Shown in pieces: positions 23,956-35,906 of a DNA stretch of 64,000 bases. The stretch is from contig OZ116710.1 in NCBI GenBank assembly GCA_964199315.1, positions 2,108,001-2,172,000 on the forward strand, in the 5' to 3' direction. Within the stretch, counting starts at the first letter, position 1. Each line of letters opens with the position of its first letter. The position numbers and the translations under genes were made by a program. The DNA is from Orbicella franksi (lineage: Eukaryota). A model generated the notes under the pieces. That model was not told the origin of the DNA. It made no database searches and saw only the letters and a program-made list of their open reading frames with translations.

Positions 23956-25332
23956 TCTTCTGTTTGTGGAGAGAAGTGTGCGAAGTGAACGCTCCTGAGT
24001 TTCAGCCTCCACGGTCTTTTTTTTTTTTCACTTTTGAGGACAAGAAGTTAAAACAGAGCAGGAGCTCCTGACGGTTTTGGCGAATTTAATAGAATGCATG
24101 TTTATATCTCAGATATGAAACGATAATTTAATTTTGATTTAATCATTTTTCGGAAGAAACCTCTCCATCCCTTTTTCAGTGTAAATATAACAATACAGGT
24201 AAATTGTATAGAAATAACTGGTACATACTAACGAGTGCGTATACAAAATTTAAAAATGCGTGCGGATTACAGAGATGGCTTAAATTAAAGTGTAAAGTTG
24301 CTGATTAAGGGAAGAGTTCACTATTCTATTCAATTTGCATCTTCTGTAACATTTGCACTGATGAAGGCAGAAGTTTCTGCCAAAACATGTTTGTAAAATT
24401 TATTGTCGTTTATATCTGAAATTGGTTGTGACTTTCCTGCGGTCCAGACCTTTTGGTAAAGTTTATATTGGTTTAATGGATTGCCTGATATATTGTTTTA
24501 TTTATATAACTGAGACAATTACTTCATTTTGATTGGCTGAGAGTAGGCAAATCTATCGTTAATTTTTAATTTGCACTGCAGTGCAAATACGCGCGCGCTT
24601 TCGTGATTTTCCCACTCATATAATAAATGCGTAATCGCATAAAGGCTCGCCGAGCAATTAAGGATCTAAACTACTTGTTAGTGTTTGAAAATTCTTTCCA
24701 ATTGCACTCGCCTAAAGGTTCGTGCAATTTTGAAGGAATTTTCAAATATCGCTAGTAGTGTAAATCCCTTAATTGCACACGCATTCATACGACTACCTAT
24801 ACAAATTTTCACTTTCATGGATAATTACGCTATGGCAACCCAGGACATATGGCGGTGTTCCGTACGTAATAGTTGCTGTGTGTTCTCAGTATAATTATGA
24901 GTCTCCCAACATAATTATGAGCCGCTCGGCATAATTATTTCCGCTCGTGTTAAAAGCAACCACGCAGGATAGAATAGTTTCCACCTCGTTGTAATCGGAC
25001 AGTGTAATCGGACGGTTGGCTGTCATCGGACAGTTACACGAGTCAATCATTCTAAGTCCTCTCCACTAAATCCATCAATAACAACATTGATTACAGTCAC
25101 TATAGTAACCAATTCAAGAGACTGACTTTGTAACTTTGTGAAGGTTTAGTTTACAGTGATTGTTTTGAAAGAAACTTAACAGCCATTTTGCGAGCTATTC
25201 CCCTATTCTTAATTATGATATTTAAAAATGACTATTAAAAGCTATTTTTCAAATAGTGTGAGATTGTAATGGTTATAATTAATTGGTAACAGGACATCGG
25301 GTCGTCCAATTCAGTCTGTAATCATATTCATG

Positions 25333-28300
25333 CAGTGCCGTAGCACGGCGAGCGCCCCCCCCCCCCCCAAAAAAAAAAAAAAACTTTGACTAGCACGTAA
25401 TAAAAATATTCGAAAGCAGAAAAGTAATAATGTTGGGATACTGTTGGATTCTTTTAGCGTAATTAACACTCTGGTTAACCCTAATTTTTCTTTGTAACGT
25501 TTTACAACAAATGTCAGGCAAATTTTTTTTTCAAACTCTTACAAAGTTTAAAGCAGCGAAACCCGAAAGTGGTGTTGGATTTTTGTGTTTGACCGCTGTA
25601 AACTGAGCCAATAATCTTGGTAGGCACCTTCGGTCAGCGGCCACGTTCTTCCTGCTTGTTTCCAGAACCATTCAACATTCGGTTCGATAAAGCATGAAAT
25701 TTTATGGCTTCGACAGGGAAAAATCAAGAGTCTTTTAAGCAAAACACAATCCTCAAATGGGTGGGACCTGATCGTGAGCCATCGAAGCCATCAAAGAATG
25801 AAAACCGTGAAGAACAGGCTCGTTTAGAAGAAAAATCCCAAGCTGGAACATCTGGCCCACAGGCAGCAGGAACTTCAAGAACTTTGAATTCAAGCATAAT
25901 CCCCACAAGCCAAGAACCTGATTTACTGGCACCAGGTCTGGTATCAGTGTTACAAAGCCCCAATCAACCCAAGAGCTGAACAGCGGCCATGGTTACATTA
26001 CGACAAGAAAACTGATATTGTGTTTTGTTTGATTTGTATGAAAGCCATCCGAAATAATATGCTTTCCTCGGCAAAGGCTGATCCGAAATTTACGCGGATT
26101 GGCTATGGGAACTGGAAAAATGCAATGGATAAAAAGAAAGGGTTTCAAAAACACAAGTCATCTGAATCTCACAGGGAAGCAGTAGCCAGATATGTTACAG
26201 CCTCAGCAACAACAGTCGGCGATGTCGGAGAGTTGTTTTCTGACAAGCATGCAAAGGAAAAAACAATAAAGAGAAGAATTCTACTCCCGATCCTTTCAAA
26301 CGTCCGTTATTTAACTCGACAGGCTTAGCCACTTCGAGGAAATTGGGACACCCACGTGCACAGTGCAAATGAATATAACTGAAACTTCTATCAACTGCTG
26401 AAACTGCGATCTGAAGAAAACCCAAGAATAATTGAGTGGTTAGATCGCAGAACTGAAAAATACGCATCCCCGATTATACAGAACGAGATGCTCGATGTTC
26501 TTGCTCTAGGTAAGAAATTTAGTAGAGGTGCATGAAGAAGAAAAGGGGAAGTGCGAATCACAAACAAAAAACAATGAAAAAAGGTAGTCTGGAAAGATGG
26601 GATTTGAGCAAAATTTGGACTGGGAAATGGGATTTGTAGCCCCCATTGACAACCCTCTTAATAATATCCATTATTGTGCGAAAATATATATTAAAAACGT
26701 AAAAATCCATACGTTTCGAGGCTGCTGGCTCTTCATCAGTGGTGAAAATGCAAATGAAACTATCTTCTTGCTCTAGGTATGCTGCGGGAAATATCAGAGA
26801 ATATTCAGAATGCTAAGATCTTTACAATAATGGCCGATGAGACAGCTGATGTGTCTCTCAAGGAGCAACTAGTTGTGTGCATTCGTTGGGTTGACGACTT
26901 GTTCGTTATTCATGAAGACTTCACGGGGATGTTGCCATTGCCGAGAACCACTGCTGATCAGATCGTAGAAACACTAAGGGACGCACTGCAGCAAATGAAT
27001 CTCAATATTCAGAATGCTCGTGGTCAGTGCTATGATGGTGCTGCAACAATGGCCGGTGAGAAAACTGGAGTGGCAACAAAGATTAAATCTGTCAATGCAA
27101 AGTGTTTGTATACACACTTTTATGGCCGTGCCTGGAACTTGACTGTTGCTGATGCCATAAAATCAGTGAAATATATGAGTGATGCACTTGATACAGTCAG
27201 AGAAACTGGAAAGGTGGTGAAAAAGTCCCCGCAAAGAAACACACAATTAGATAAAATTAGGGAGGAAACCACAAATGAATCTCGCGGAGCTCATGCTCTT
27301 TGCCCGACGCGATGGACTGTTTCGTGGCGAAGCATTAGCATCGGCGCTAAACGACCATGGTGAACTCGATCATGGAGCTTTGGGATTGGTCACTTGAGGT
27401 ATCGAAAGACACAGAAATGAAATCGAAAATACTGGTGTGAAAAGTGTAATGACGCAGTTTAGTTTTTTCTTTGGTTGTTGCTTAGGCGAGAAAATTTTGC
27501 GACAAACCGACTACTTGAGCCGTGCTTTGCGGAGTTCTTCAATTTCAGAAGCTTAAGAAAATATACTGGCTCGGGATGTGGTTAAAACCTTGTTAACAGA
27601 TCGAAGCGATGAGTCATTTGATCTCTTTTGCGCTCGCATCTTAAAGAAAAAAGACAAGGAAATCAAGTCTATTGAAGACCCAGTGCCTCCGAGAAGGATG
27701 AAAACACCGGAAAGGTTCGAGCTTGGAAACCACCAAATTCATCATTTTCCTCAAACCGCCAAGGAACACTAAGAACGAGTTTATTTTGAAGCCATTGATT
27801 TTGCAACTACCGCCGTCACATCAAGATTTGACCAGAAGGACTTTAAAGTGTACGTAAACCTCCAGGAGCTCCTTTTGAAGGCTACTGCCAAAGAAGTGTA
27901 TGATGCTGAACTGGCCGAAGTTTTGAAAGTTTATGGTGAAGATTTAGATGCCTACCATCTTGCATTGAAGGCCAGCTGTTACTCCTCCCACAAGTCGCTG
28001 CCTCAATGGGGTTTGACACGTCAAGATTCAACATTGATGACCTAATATCATTTTTTCAGTCAATTGATGGTTCCCACAAATTGCTTCTGTCTGAGATTTG
28101 CACACTGGGCAAGTTATTGTTGGTAATGCAGCGATGAATGCCGCAAGTGAGCGGTCATTTTACGCTTTAAAGCGCGTAAAGACATATCTCCGTTCAACAA
28201 CTGGAGACGCAAGGTTGAACCATCTCATGATGCTTCACATCCACAGGGACAAGACTGACACGACTGACCTGGTAGCTGCAGCCAACCAGTTTGTTGGCAA

Positions 28301-28702
28301 ACAGGAGAACAGAAAACAGTTGTTCGGGACATTTACCCCAAATGATTTGCCACGAAAACTGTCTTTGGTCTCGCATGCAACCCAAGCATCCGAATGAAAT
28401 GAAATGGTTCGTGGGGTCTATGTAATAGTTAAGTATTTATTACACAACACTGTCAATTTGTATAATAAACCTGTTCAATTAGGAGAGTACAACGTTCATG
28501 TAACATGTCCGATCAATGACTTTAGTCAGTTAAACATTGTTGTAAACTGCTCTCAGAAGGCTGGAAAGGCTATTTTAGAGAGCCCAGATTTCAAAACCTT
28601 CTGGGGGTGGGAGGGGGGGCATGCCCCCGGACCCCCCTAGAAGCTCGCGCCTTCGGCACTCAGTCGGGTGCCCCCAATAGATTTTACCCTGCTACGACAC
28701 TG
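25333..28702 (+). mobile_element. Decayed hAT transposon (ZMYM1/THAP12-like transposase) with 5-bp TSD
   Basis: TCATG|CAGTGCCGTAGCA ... TGCTACGACACTG|TCATG. Transposase fragments 25704-28397: WLHYD..VFCLIC (TTF-type zinc finger), IMADETADVSLKEQL, QCYDGAATM, ASERSF.ALKRVKTYLRST...RLNHLMMLHIH (hAT dimerisation domain). Several stops and frameshifts. Confidence 0.9.
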
Positions 28703-29109
28703 TCATGATTAACAATGGGACTCCCGCTTCGCGGTCGTCCGATCTTGCTAATCAGTCGTATGATATCCCTGCCTCTAGGATATTTTCACTTTGCAACATT
28801 TTTTTTACAGTTTTATTTATTTGCAGTACAAATTACAATTTACCATGAAAACTTACACTACCCGCGTATTAAGCGTAGGCTAATCGAGACGGGCAGCTTA
28901 ACACATGATAATATCATAAAACTATAGTAAGTTTTGATTATTGCATAGAGAGATCTTAACAATAAAAGTTTTTTACATGTTGTTTATTATAGACTTTCCT
29001 CTTTCGTTTGCCTTTTACGGCATTAAGCGAAACAGTTTCTCCCTAGATTAAACTCCATGTTTGCCTGAGCATGCGCGTACTCGTCGTTGAATTGCAATTT
29101 TCATGATCT

Positions 29110-29262
29110 GTATATATCTATGTTTATGTCTATGTCTGTCTGTGTGTGTCTGTGTCTGTCTGTGTCTGTCTGTGTGTCTGTCTATGTCTGTGTCTGTGTC
29201 TGTGTCTACGTCTATATCTGTGTCTGTGTCTATTTCTACTGCTATTTCTATGTCTATTCTGC
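29110..29262. repeat. (GTCTGT/GTCTAT)n compound microsatellite in the B2 3' flank
   Basis: Directly visible; a short homologue lies at about 1400-1430. Confidence 0.95.
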
Positions 29263-29290
29263 GTAAGATTGTTGCATGTCTTTACAAAGC

Positions 29291-32200
29291 TTAGAAATCC
29301 TCTGGTCTTGTTTTCATCTCGGTCTTCTTCAGGGAGTATTCATGTCCCTTCCAATTCTTCCAGTTCACACCAACACCAAAGGGCGAGGGATTTGTATGAT
29401 GGTACTTGCCATTCAGGTTGGATCGGTGACACGGGGAACTGTACCACCAGGCCCCGTGAAACCTGCTCGCACAGTGTACCTCTTCTTGCCCGTTCTTATG
29501 CTGATCATTATCTTGATCTTTAGTGGAAAATGGTTGATCGCCATGATGAGAAAGAGAGTCGCTAGCATTACCTGAATATCAAATTAAAAAATGAATAACT
29601 GTCATGCGAGACCGAGGTATTCTATATTCCGTTTAATTGTTCAATATTTTTCGAAAATTAGCCTGTTCTAAATGCCCCATATCCCATTATTCATGTTTCC
29701 CCTAAATATCTCATATCCCGATTTATTTTTACTAATATCCCATATCCCAGAAACGCCTAATAGGGCCACCTTTTGGTTGGTTTACGATACGCCTGGGGTG
29801 GGGAGGAGGGGGGTACGTCGGTAAATTTCGGATGTGTCCCAGGGGTCTTCAACTTTGACCCTATTTAAGGATGAAGCAAACGCCACCCTATCACGGGGAA
29901 AAACAAAAACCAAGAATAGCGTGAACGGTTCAACTAAATTTCGTTTCACTGGAAATTTCCAAATAGTTAAGTCTTAACAGATTTGTTTAGCTGGGCTACC
30001 CTACAGTAAAGAATCACACCGGGAATACAATGCCAACAGGGGCAAAAATAACACGCTATTTAAGGATCGACAACGTTAAAAACCATACCCTATCCCGCGG
30101 CATATATGCATAGCTATATAGCCCATATATGGGACTACCCCTCCCGGGACGATACGATTACATTGTAGAACGTTGGACCGTTGAAAGTTAATCCTTTTGA
30201 TATTCCCTGACGTCACTTTCGAATTCCTTATAAGGAAAAGTTAACAAGTACAATATTTGCGTGTTATACAGTAGATTGTCGTGTTTCCATGGTTTCACTT
30301 CAGTGGTCCGTATTGAATACTGGAATACCATTCGAAAGGCAAATTGCTTACTCTGGGTTTAATCGGTGATAAGTATGGACAGTTTATTTGTAGATAGCTG
30401 GGTCATATCCCATCCCATCCTGTCCCGGATTGTTTTTTCAGCCCTTATGGTGATTAAATCCCCCTTTCACCCTTGTAAGTGACTCATCGCTAACTCTTAG
30501 CTTCCATTTACAACATGTTATGTACAACATTTTGACCACTGATTGTTAAATTTTAGGCTGTTTGAGAGTTGAAGCCGATTAACCTTCGCAACTCTCGGTG
30601 AGAGTTGACAAATTTATTTTTCAATCTTTCAGAAGTCCTCGCTGTTGCTTTTACCCACTGGATAAAGGACAAAATTATAAGTCTGATAGGCCGAGAGAAC
30701 TGATCTTTTTTTCTTAGATTAAATCATCTGAGTATGAACCGAGTATCAAATTTATTTTTCAATCTTTCAGAAGTCCTCGCTGTTGCTTTTACCTACAGGA
30801 TTTCGTATCTACAGCTGTGTACACGAAAAAAGGACAAAATTATAAGTTTAAAGGCCAAGAGAACTGATCTTTTTTTCCTTAGATTAAATCACCTGAGTAA
30901 TTGCCGAGTTTCAGCTTGTACTTGTCATTCTCACTCATAACACCAAACTTGTTATACTCGGCATAAGTGGTATTCCCTTCAAAGTCTTCCAAGTCCACGC
31001 GCAGCATGCTGTTATTATCTGATGTCAGGCGGTGAATTTTGTCCAGTCCAAGCCAAAATTCATCATTCAGGTCACCAAAACCAACTTTGTAATCGTTCCA
31101 GTTAAGGAAAAAATCAACAGAACCGTTCAGTCTCTTCTGGAACACTGTCCACCCCCCACCGTCTGTTGTTTGGTCACAAAACACATCAAAGGCAGGCAGA
31201 TTATCAGGTTTGATGGTGTACACACCGTCTGTTGTTTCACCAGATTTGTAGATCTCGGCACAGTTTTTGTGCACTGCAGGAGAAACGCAAAATCAGGCCC
31301 AGAACTTGAGCTTGGGAGAATTTGTTTATAACGTTTTAGAAGTATGTATTTTCAGAAAATGTCAGAGTATACAGTCTCTATACCGATACCTTGATTGCAG
31401 GCTGTTTCAGTGCATTTAGTGGGACAAATACAACGAAAACCTTTATTGGTGAATCCAGCTTGACATATGCTATAGTTCAAACACGGGCTGCTGCTACAGG
31501 GATTCTGCTCAGAAGAAAATTATAGAGAAAAAAGAAAATTAAGTCCCATTCTATTGCAAAATCGTATTTGCTACTGCTGAAATTTTCCAGAAATAAGAAT
31601 AATTAACATCTAGGTAGTTATAAATATCTTTACACTATTGGTACATAGTATTGAAACGATTAATATTAAGGCGAAGACAACGAGCTTACTTAACAGCGAG
31701 TTTGATGATAGAAACACTAATTGCAATAGGGGGCTTATTGACCAAAACACATGTAACGAGATGCTTATCAGAAAGGGAGCTGTTATTGGAAGAAGGGCGG
31801 TAAATTGAATCACAAAGGTACCTACTCTTAAAACGTTTATTAAGACTGTTACCTCAATGGCCAGATAGGTGTAACTTGGTTCATTTTTAAGAAAGGTGAA
31901 AAACTGGTTTTCATCCGTAACGTTGTTCAACTCGCATTTGTGTGTTCCTCCCCTTAAAGGTCCCAAATTGATGGAGACACAGTTGGGCTCCATATAACAC
32001 AACACTCGACAAGTCCCTTCATTAGGGACTTCCTCACTCCTGATCACGTGATTCTTCATTGCTCTGTTTGCCACTGGTTCCTTGAATATGATGTTGCGAC
32101 CATCGTCGTCTTTGAAAAACAAAACAAAGCATAAAATTTATTAACTTTATGCTTATACAAAAGCTGATTTTTTTTTATAGGCCTGGAAGCGGAGTTTAAA

Positions 32201-33230
32201 AGTTTATATATAGCGTGTCATTAAGCGCTGCTAAAAGAGGAGGCAAAAACAAAGCCGAAAATGATTACGGACGTTTTAGAGAGCAGGTGGTGAAAAATAT
32301 AGTGTATATCTCTTTTACTGGTGGCAGATCATTCCATTAGCAGCAATACCGAATTCAAAGTACATACACTAAATATTGAAACAAACTTTTGTTTGAATCA
32401 CCAACATAAAAGTTATTCGAAACGCAGCAAAAATGTGTGTCAGGGAAACTTTTCGGAGTTACAGTCTCCGAGGTAAATAACAAGTCAATACGCACGGTTG
32501 ATATCAGTTGAATCTCGCTATTTCTAATCGAACTCTCAGGGGAAACGGAAAATAGTTCGGAATAGCCGATGGTAAATGACTGAAGAGCAACTCCAAGGTA
32601 AATGGTTTTAAGTTCGAAATAACGGGATATTCGAAATAACCGAGTTCAAATTATGGGGTCCGACTTTATCTGACATGTCAGAGCAGGCGATAATGCAGAG
32701 AATTCAACTAGAGTAGATCTAACAATTTGCATGCAAAATCAAGAGATGTGGAAAACCTACTAAAACTAACAAAAAATAGGGTAGGTGTAGAGTTAATTTC
32801 ACGCTGGTGGAAAAGTGGAACAGTACACGGCACCGCAGAGGGTCCATGTGTTTGGAGGATGTAGTTCATGATATGAGTGTTGATAGTGCCTTACGATGAA
32901 GTGCATTAACCTAGCATTTTATCAGGTTCCTTTAGTACTTCTCCAATCGCTGGGGCTGAGGCAGTTAAGAGAGTAGAGTGGCTTCCCACGAAAAGCAACA
33001 CAGGCCAGAGCTAAAACCCCAAATTGTTCGATCCGGACCTGAGACAACCTCACTAGCATTGGGTTTACCGCACCTTCTTTGGAGAATATTCTTGTGATTC
33101 TACACGTTACACATTAAGATATGTACTTACCGGAGCAACCAAAACATAGTGGGTATATGACTCTAAGCGAAATAGTCAGGATACACACAATAGTTACGAT
33201 TTTACACTCGGAAATCTGAAAAGAAGCCAT
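29291..33230 (-). CDS. FReD gene B2: secreted signal / PAN-like / EGF / fibrinogen C-terminal domain protein, 377 aa
   Basis: Exons 33230-33131 (MASFQISECKIVTIVCILTISLRVIYPLCFGCS), 32109-31853, 31504-31390, 31273-30893, 29571-29291; phases 1,0,1,1; 1134 nt in frame; ends YSLKKTEMKTRPEDF*. Confidence 0.88.
29790..30150. mobile_element. Probable MITE in B2 intron 4
   Basis: G-rich left end (gggaggagggggg tac) and complementary right end (gactacccctcccggg); non-coding. Confidence 0.4.
30609..30909. repeat. Tandem duplication of the B2 exon 4 / intron 4 junction
   Basis: 30609-30746 and 30747-30909 share aaatttatttttcaatctttcagaagtcctcgctgttgctttt ... gagaactgatctttttt..ttagattaaatca.ctgagta. 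Confidence 0.85.
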
Positions 33231-34331
33231 CCTTTTGGATGTTTGTGGCGAGTCGTACGAAAAGTGATTGCTCGTGAGTTTAAGTAAGTAAATATCACTC
33301 ACTTTTGACAGGAAGGCAAACCTAAACAGATTGTCATTTGTCACGAACTTGAACTTAATGCCATAGTCATAAATTTTTTATATCAGTCCAACATTGTTGA
33401 GTCGTGGGTTTGTTTTAATTAATTTATCATACAAGACGAGAGCATCTATGATAAGAATTTACTTCTCCTCTCCAAGCTAATTACCTAGCACAGATATAGC
33501 TGATAGCTGGATAAAATTTTTACTGTGAGCTGAGAAATGACTGACGCGTTTTGCCACTGACAGCTGAGGACTGATGCTTGCAAAACTTTATTGGTAGTTG
33601 AGAAATGGGTTGAAATTTTTACCTTAGAGTCGAGAAATCGTCGAAAATTCAACCGACAATTGAGATTCTGAGCTCCCGGCCCCATGCATCTCCTCCTATC
33701 AGTCAGTGGCAAAACGATGATAAGACATAATGGACCAAAGAAGTTTGGCTTGATTAAGGCAAAATAGTCAAAATAGGCGCCTCTATTCTTAAAGACATCT
33801 ACGCTGCTTTTAAAACTTCAAAGTTTTTTTTTTGAAGTCTATTTGTACACCTGTCCAACAACTCAAACACCCACGAGTTTTAGCATTTTTTTTTAGATCA
33901 AACTGAGCTTCGCCGAAAATGTGATCTTCCATATCTTGAATTTCTTTCCAAGCTGGCGATATAATATAACAGCTTCTTAACCCCGGCCGAGATTTAACGT
34001 CCTTCAGTTTAGTAGAAAAGGAGTTATATCTTCTAAGAAATACTTATTATCCCTGTTTGCTGATAGAATAAACTGAATGGACATAATTAGCAAAACTTCA
34101 CCCAATTATCCACCCGCATGAGCGGATGAGCGGATATTGTGTCAAAGCGATTAATTGTCATTTGCAAAGCCTTCAACTGCTCTTGAACGGAAATAGGCAA
34201 GCAGAAATGCCGATTTCCAAATTGCAATCACTTGCATTAGCGAAGATTCAGTCGATTATTATAGCTCATGGTCTAACGCAGTGTCTGTAGGTGATCTAGC
34301 TAAAAAGGAAGGAAAATAGAAGATATATTAA

Positions 34332-35906
34332 GGTATCAGTAAGGGGAAAATTTGCAATTTTGCATAATTTTACTTTTTTAAGCGGTTGGATAAATCTTAA
34401 AGTAATCTTTTAGATAAAAAAACTCCACGAAAAAATCTTATATCTGCCGCTAGTTATTGCGCGAGAAAGATTGTTTTGCATATTAATTACTTAATTGAGA
34501 GTTGACAAGTTCTGTCAAATAAATTAATTATCGAGGCAAGAAGTCACATGACATCAAGATCATGCTGAGTTGACACGCGATTCGCGCGCCATAATCAGTG
34601 CCGGATGTTTTCGAAGAAGACAGAGCGATCTTGCCTGTTTTCATCGGCTAAAGGAAAGCCGAAGAAGGCGAAAAACACTTTCAACAAAGAGTGGGCCGCT
34701 AAATTAGCGGAAAGCGGCAAAGGGTTCGTTTTACAATCAAGAAAAATTGCTGGATGAACGCGACAACGATCGCGATCACGAAGCCAGCGAGCAAGCCGAA
34801 ATGAGCGCAAGCCGCGCTAAAATACTGTTGCAAGAAACTGTCGAAGCAGAGGAGATTGACGAAGAGAAGTGGACGAAATTGAAAGGCAGATCGATTGTAC
34901 AAAATTAGAATCAGCAGTGCAACATTTTTTTTCTTACCCAGCTATTGTCATTTCTTCCAGTATCTTTGCCTTTGCATCAACATCAGTCGATGTAGTCCCG
35001 TTTATGGCGTCCTCTCCAGCGTTTCCCTTTGTGCGCTTGCATTTTCTCGGGAACCTTCTACGGGCCTTCGGCATGTTAACAGTGACATGGTCATAATTTT
35101 GAAGATTAGTCAACCGATACGTAAAATTTCGAACGCTAATATAGTAAATCAAAAGATAATTTCACGTTTACTAACTTTGGAATTCTGACTTCACACATGA
35201 AAAAGCGGTTTATTCACTGGTGAATAATTTACCGCGCACCGTCGCGGAAATTTGTACCTGTTCCATGTTAACTGTCACAGTCCTATTGTTATACAGAAAG
35301 TTGATTCCTCTGCGGTGTCTCCCTTGGTGTGATAATCTCGTAACACTTGCCGCCGAATTTTATTTTTTCTCTGTTTCTCGAAAGTGAAAAATAGGCGAGT
35401 TGTACGTGCATTTCGAGTTCCAGGTCGGCAGCCCCTGGACCAAATTGGCTGAAATTCGGAGAGAATGTTGTCAGAACGAACGCCGACAAAACCGTGTCTG
35501 CGAATTCTGATTACTCTTTTCATTAAAAAGTTATGCCTTTTTTTCGCGGGCAGTCCTATTTTTTTGCTTTTTCTAACTTTATCCTCTTGTAAAATAATAA
35601 CAAACGCATGTGCCAAAAATCTGAGACACGGTTTTTGAGGTCAATGCGTGAAGAAACGGATGCCATGTTAATCGTTTTCTCCGACCTAAATTTAGCGGGC
35701 GTATACCTCGATTTATGGGTTCGTGAAGCTTTGTAAATATATTCACATTTTCGAAACACGGCAAATTTTTACCGTTTTAAACAGGTCAGGTCATAATCTG
35801 CAGTTATTAAGCTTCCAGTAAATATACGGTTTATATGGGTTTTTGTTAAAGCCACGAACGCTAGAGCGGACCGCGCGCGGATGGTCAAATGGGTTATACT
35901 GATACC
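34332..35906. mobile_element. Kolobok-like element, internally deleted, TTAA TSD
   Basis: TTAA|GGTATCAGTA ... TACTGATACC|TTAA; two convergent degenerate ORF starts inside (from 34605 on +, from about 35090 on -). Confidence 0.6.

Noticed and set aside
29103-29523. Cys/Val/Ser-rich ORFs
   Set aside because: Microsatellite translation plus the antisense strand of B2 exon 5.
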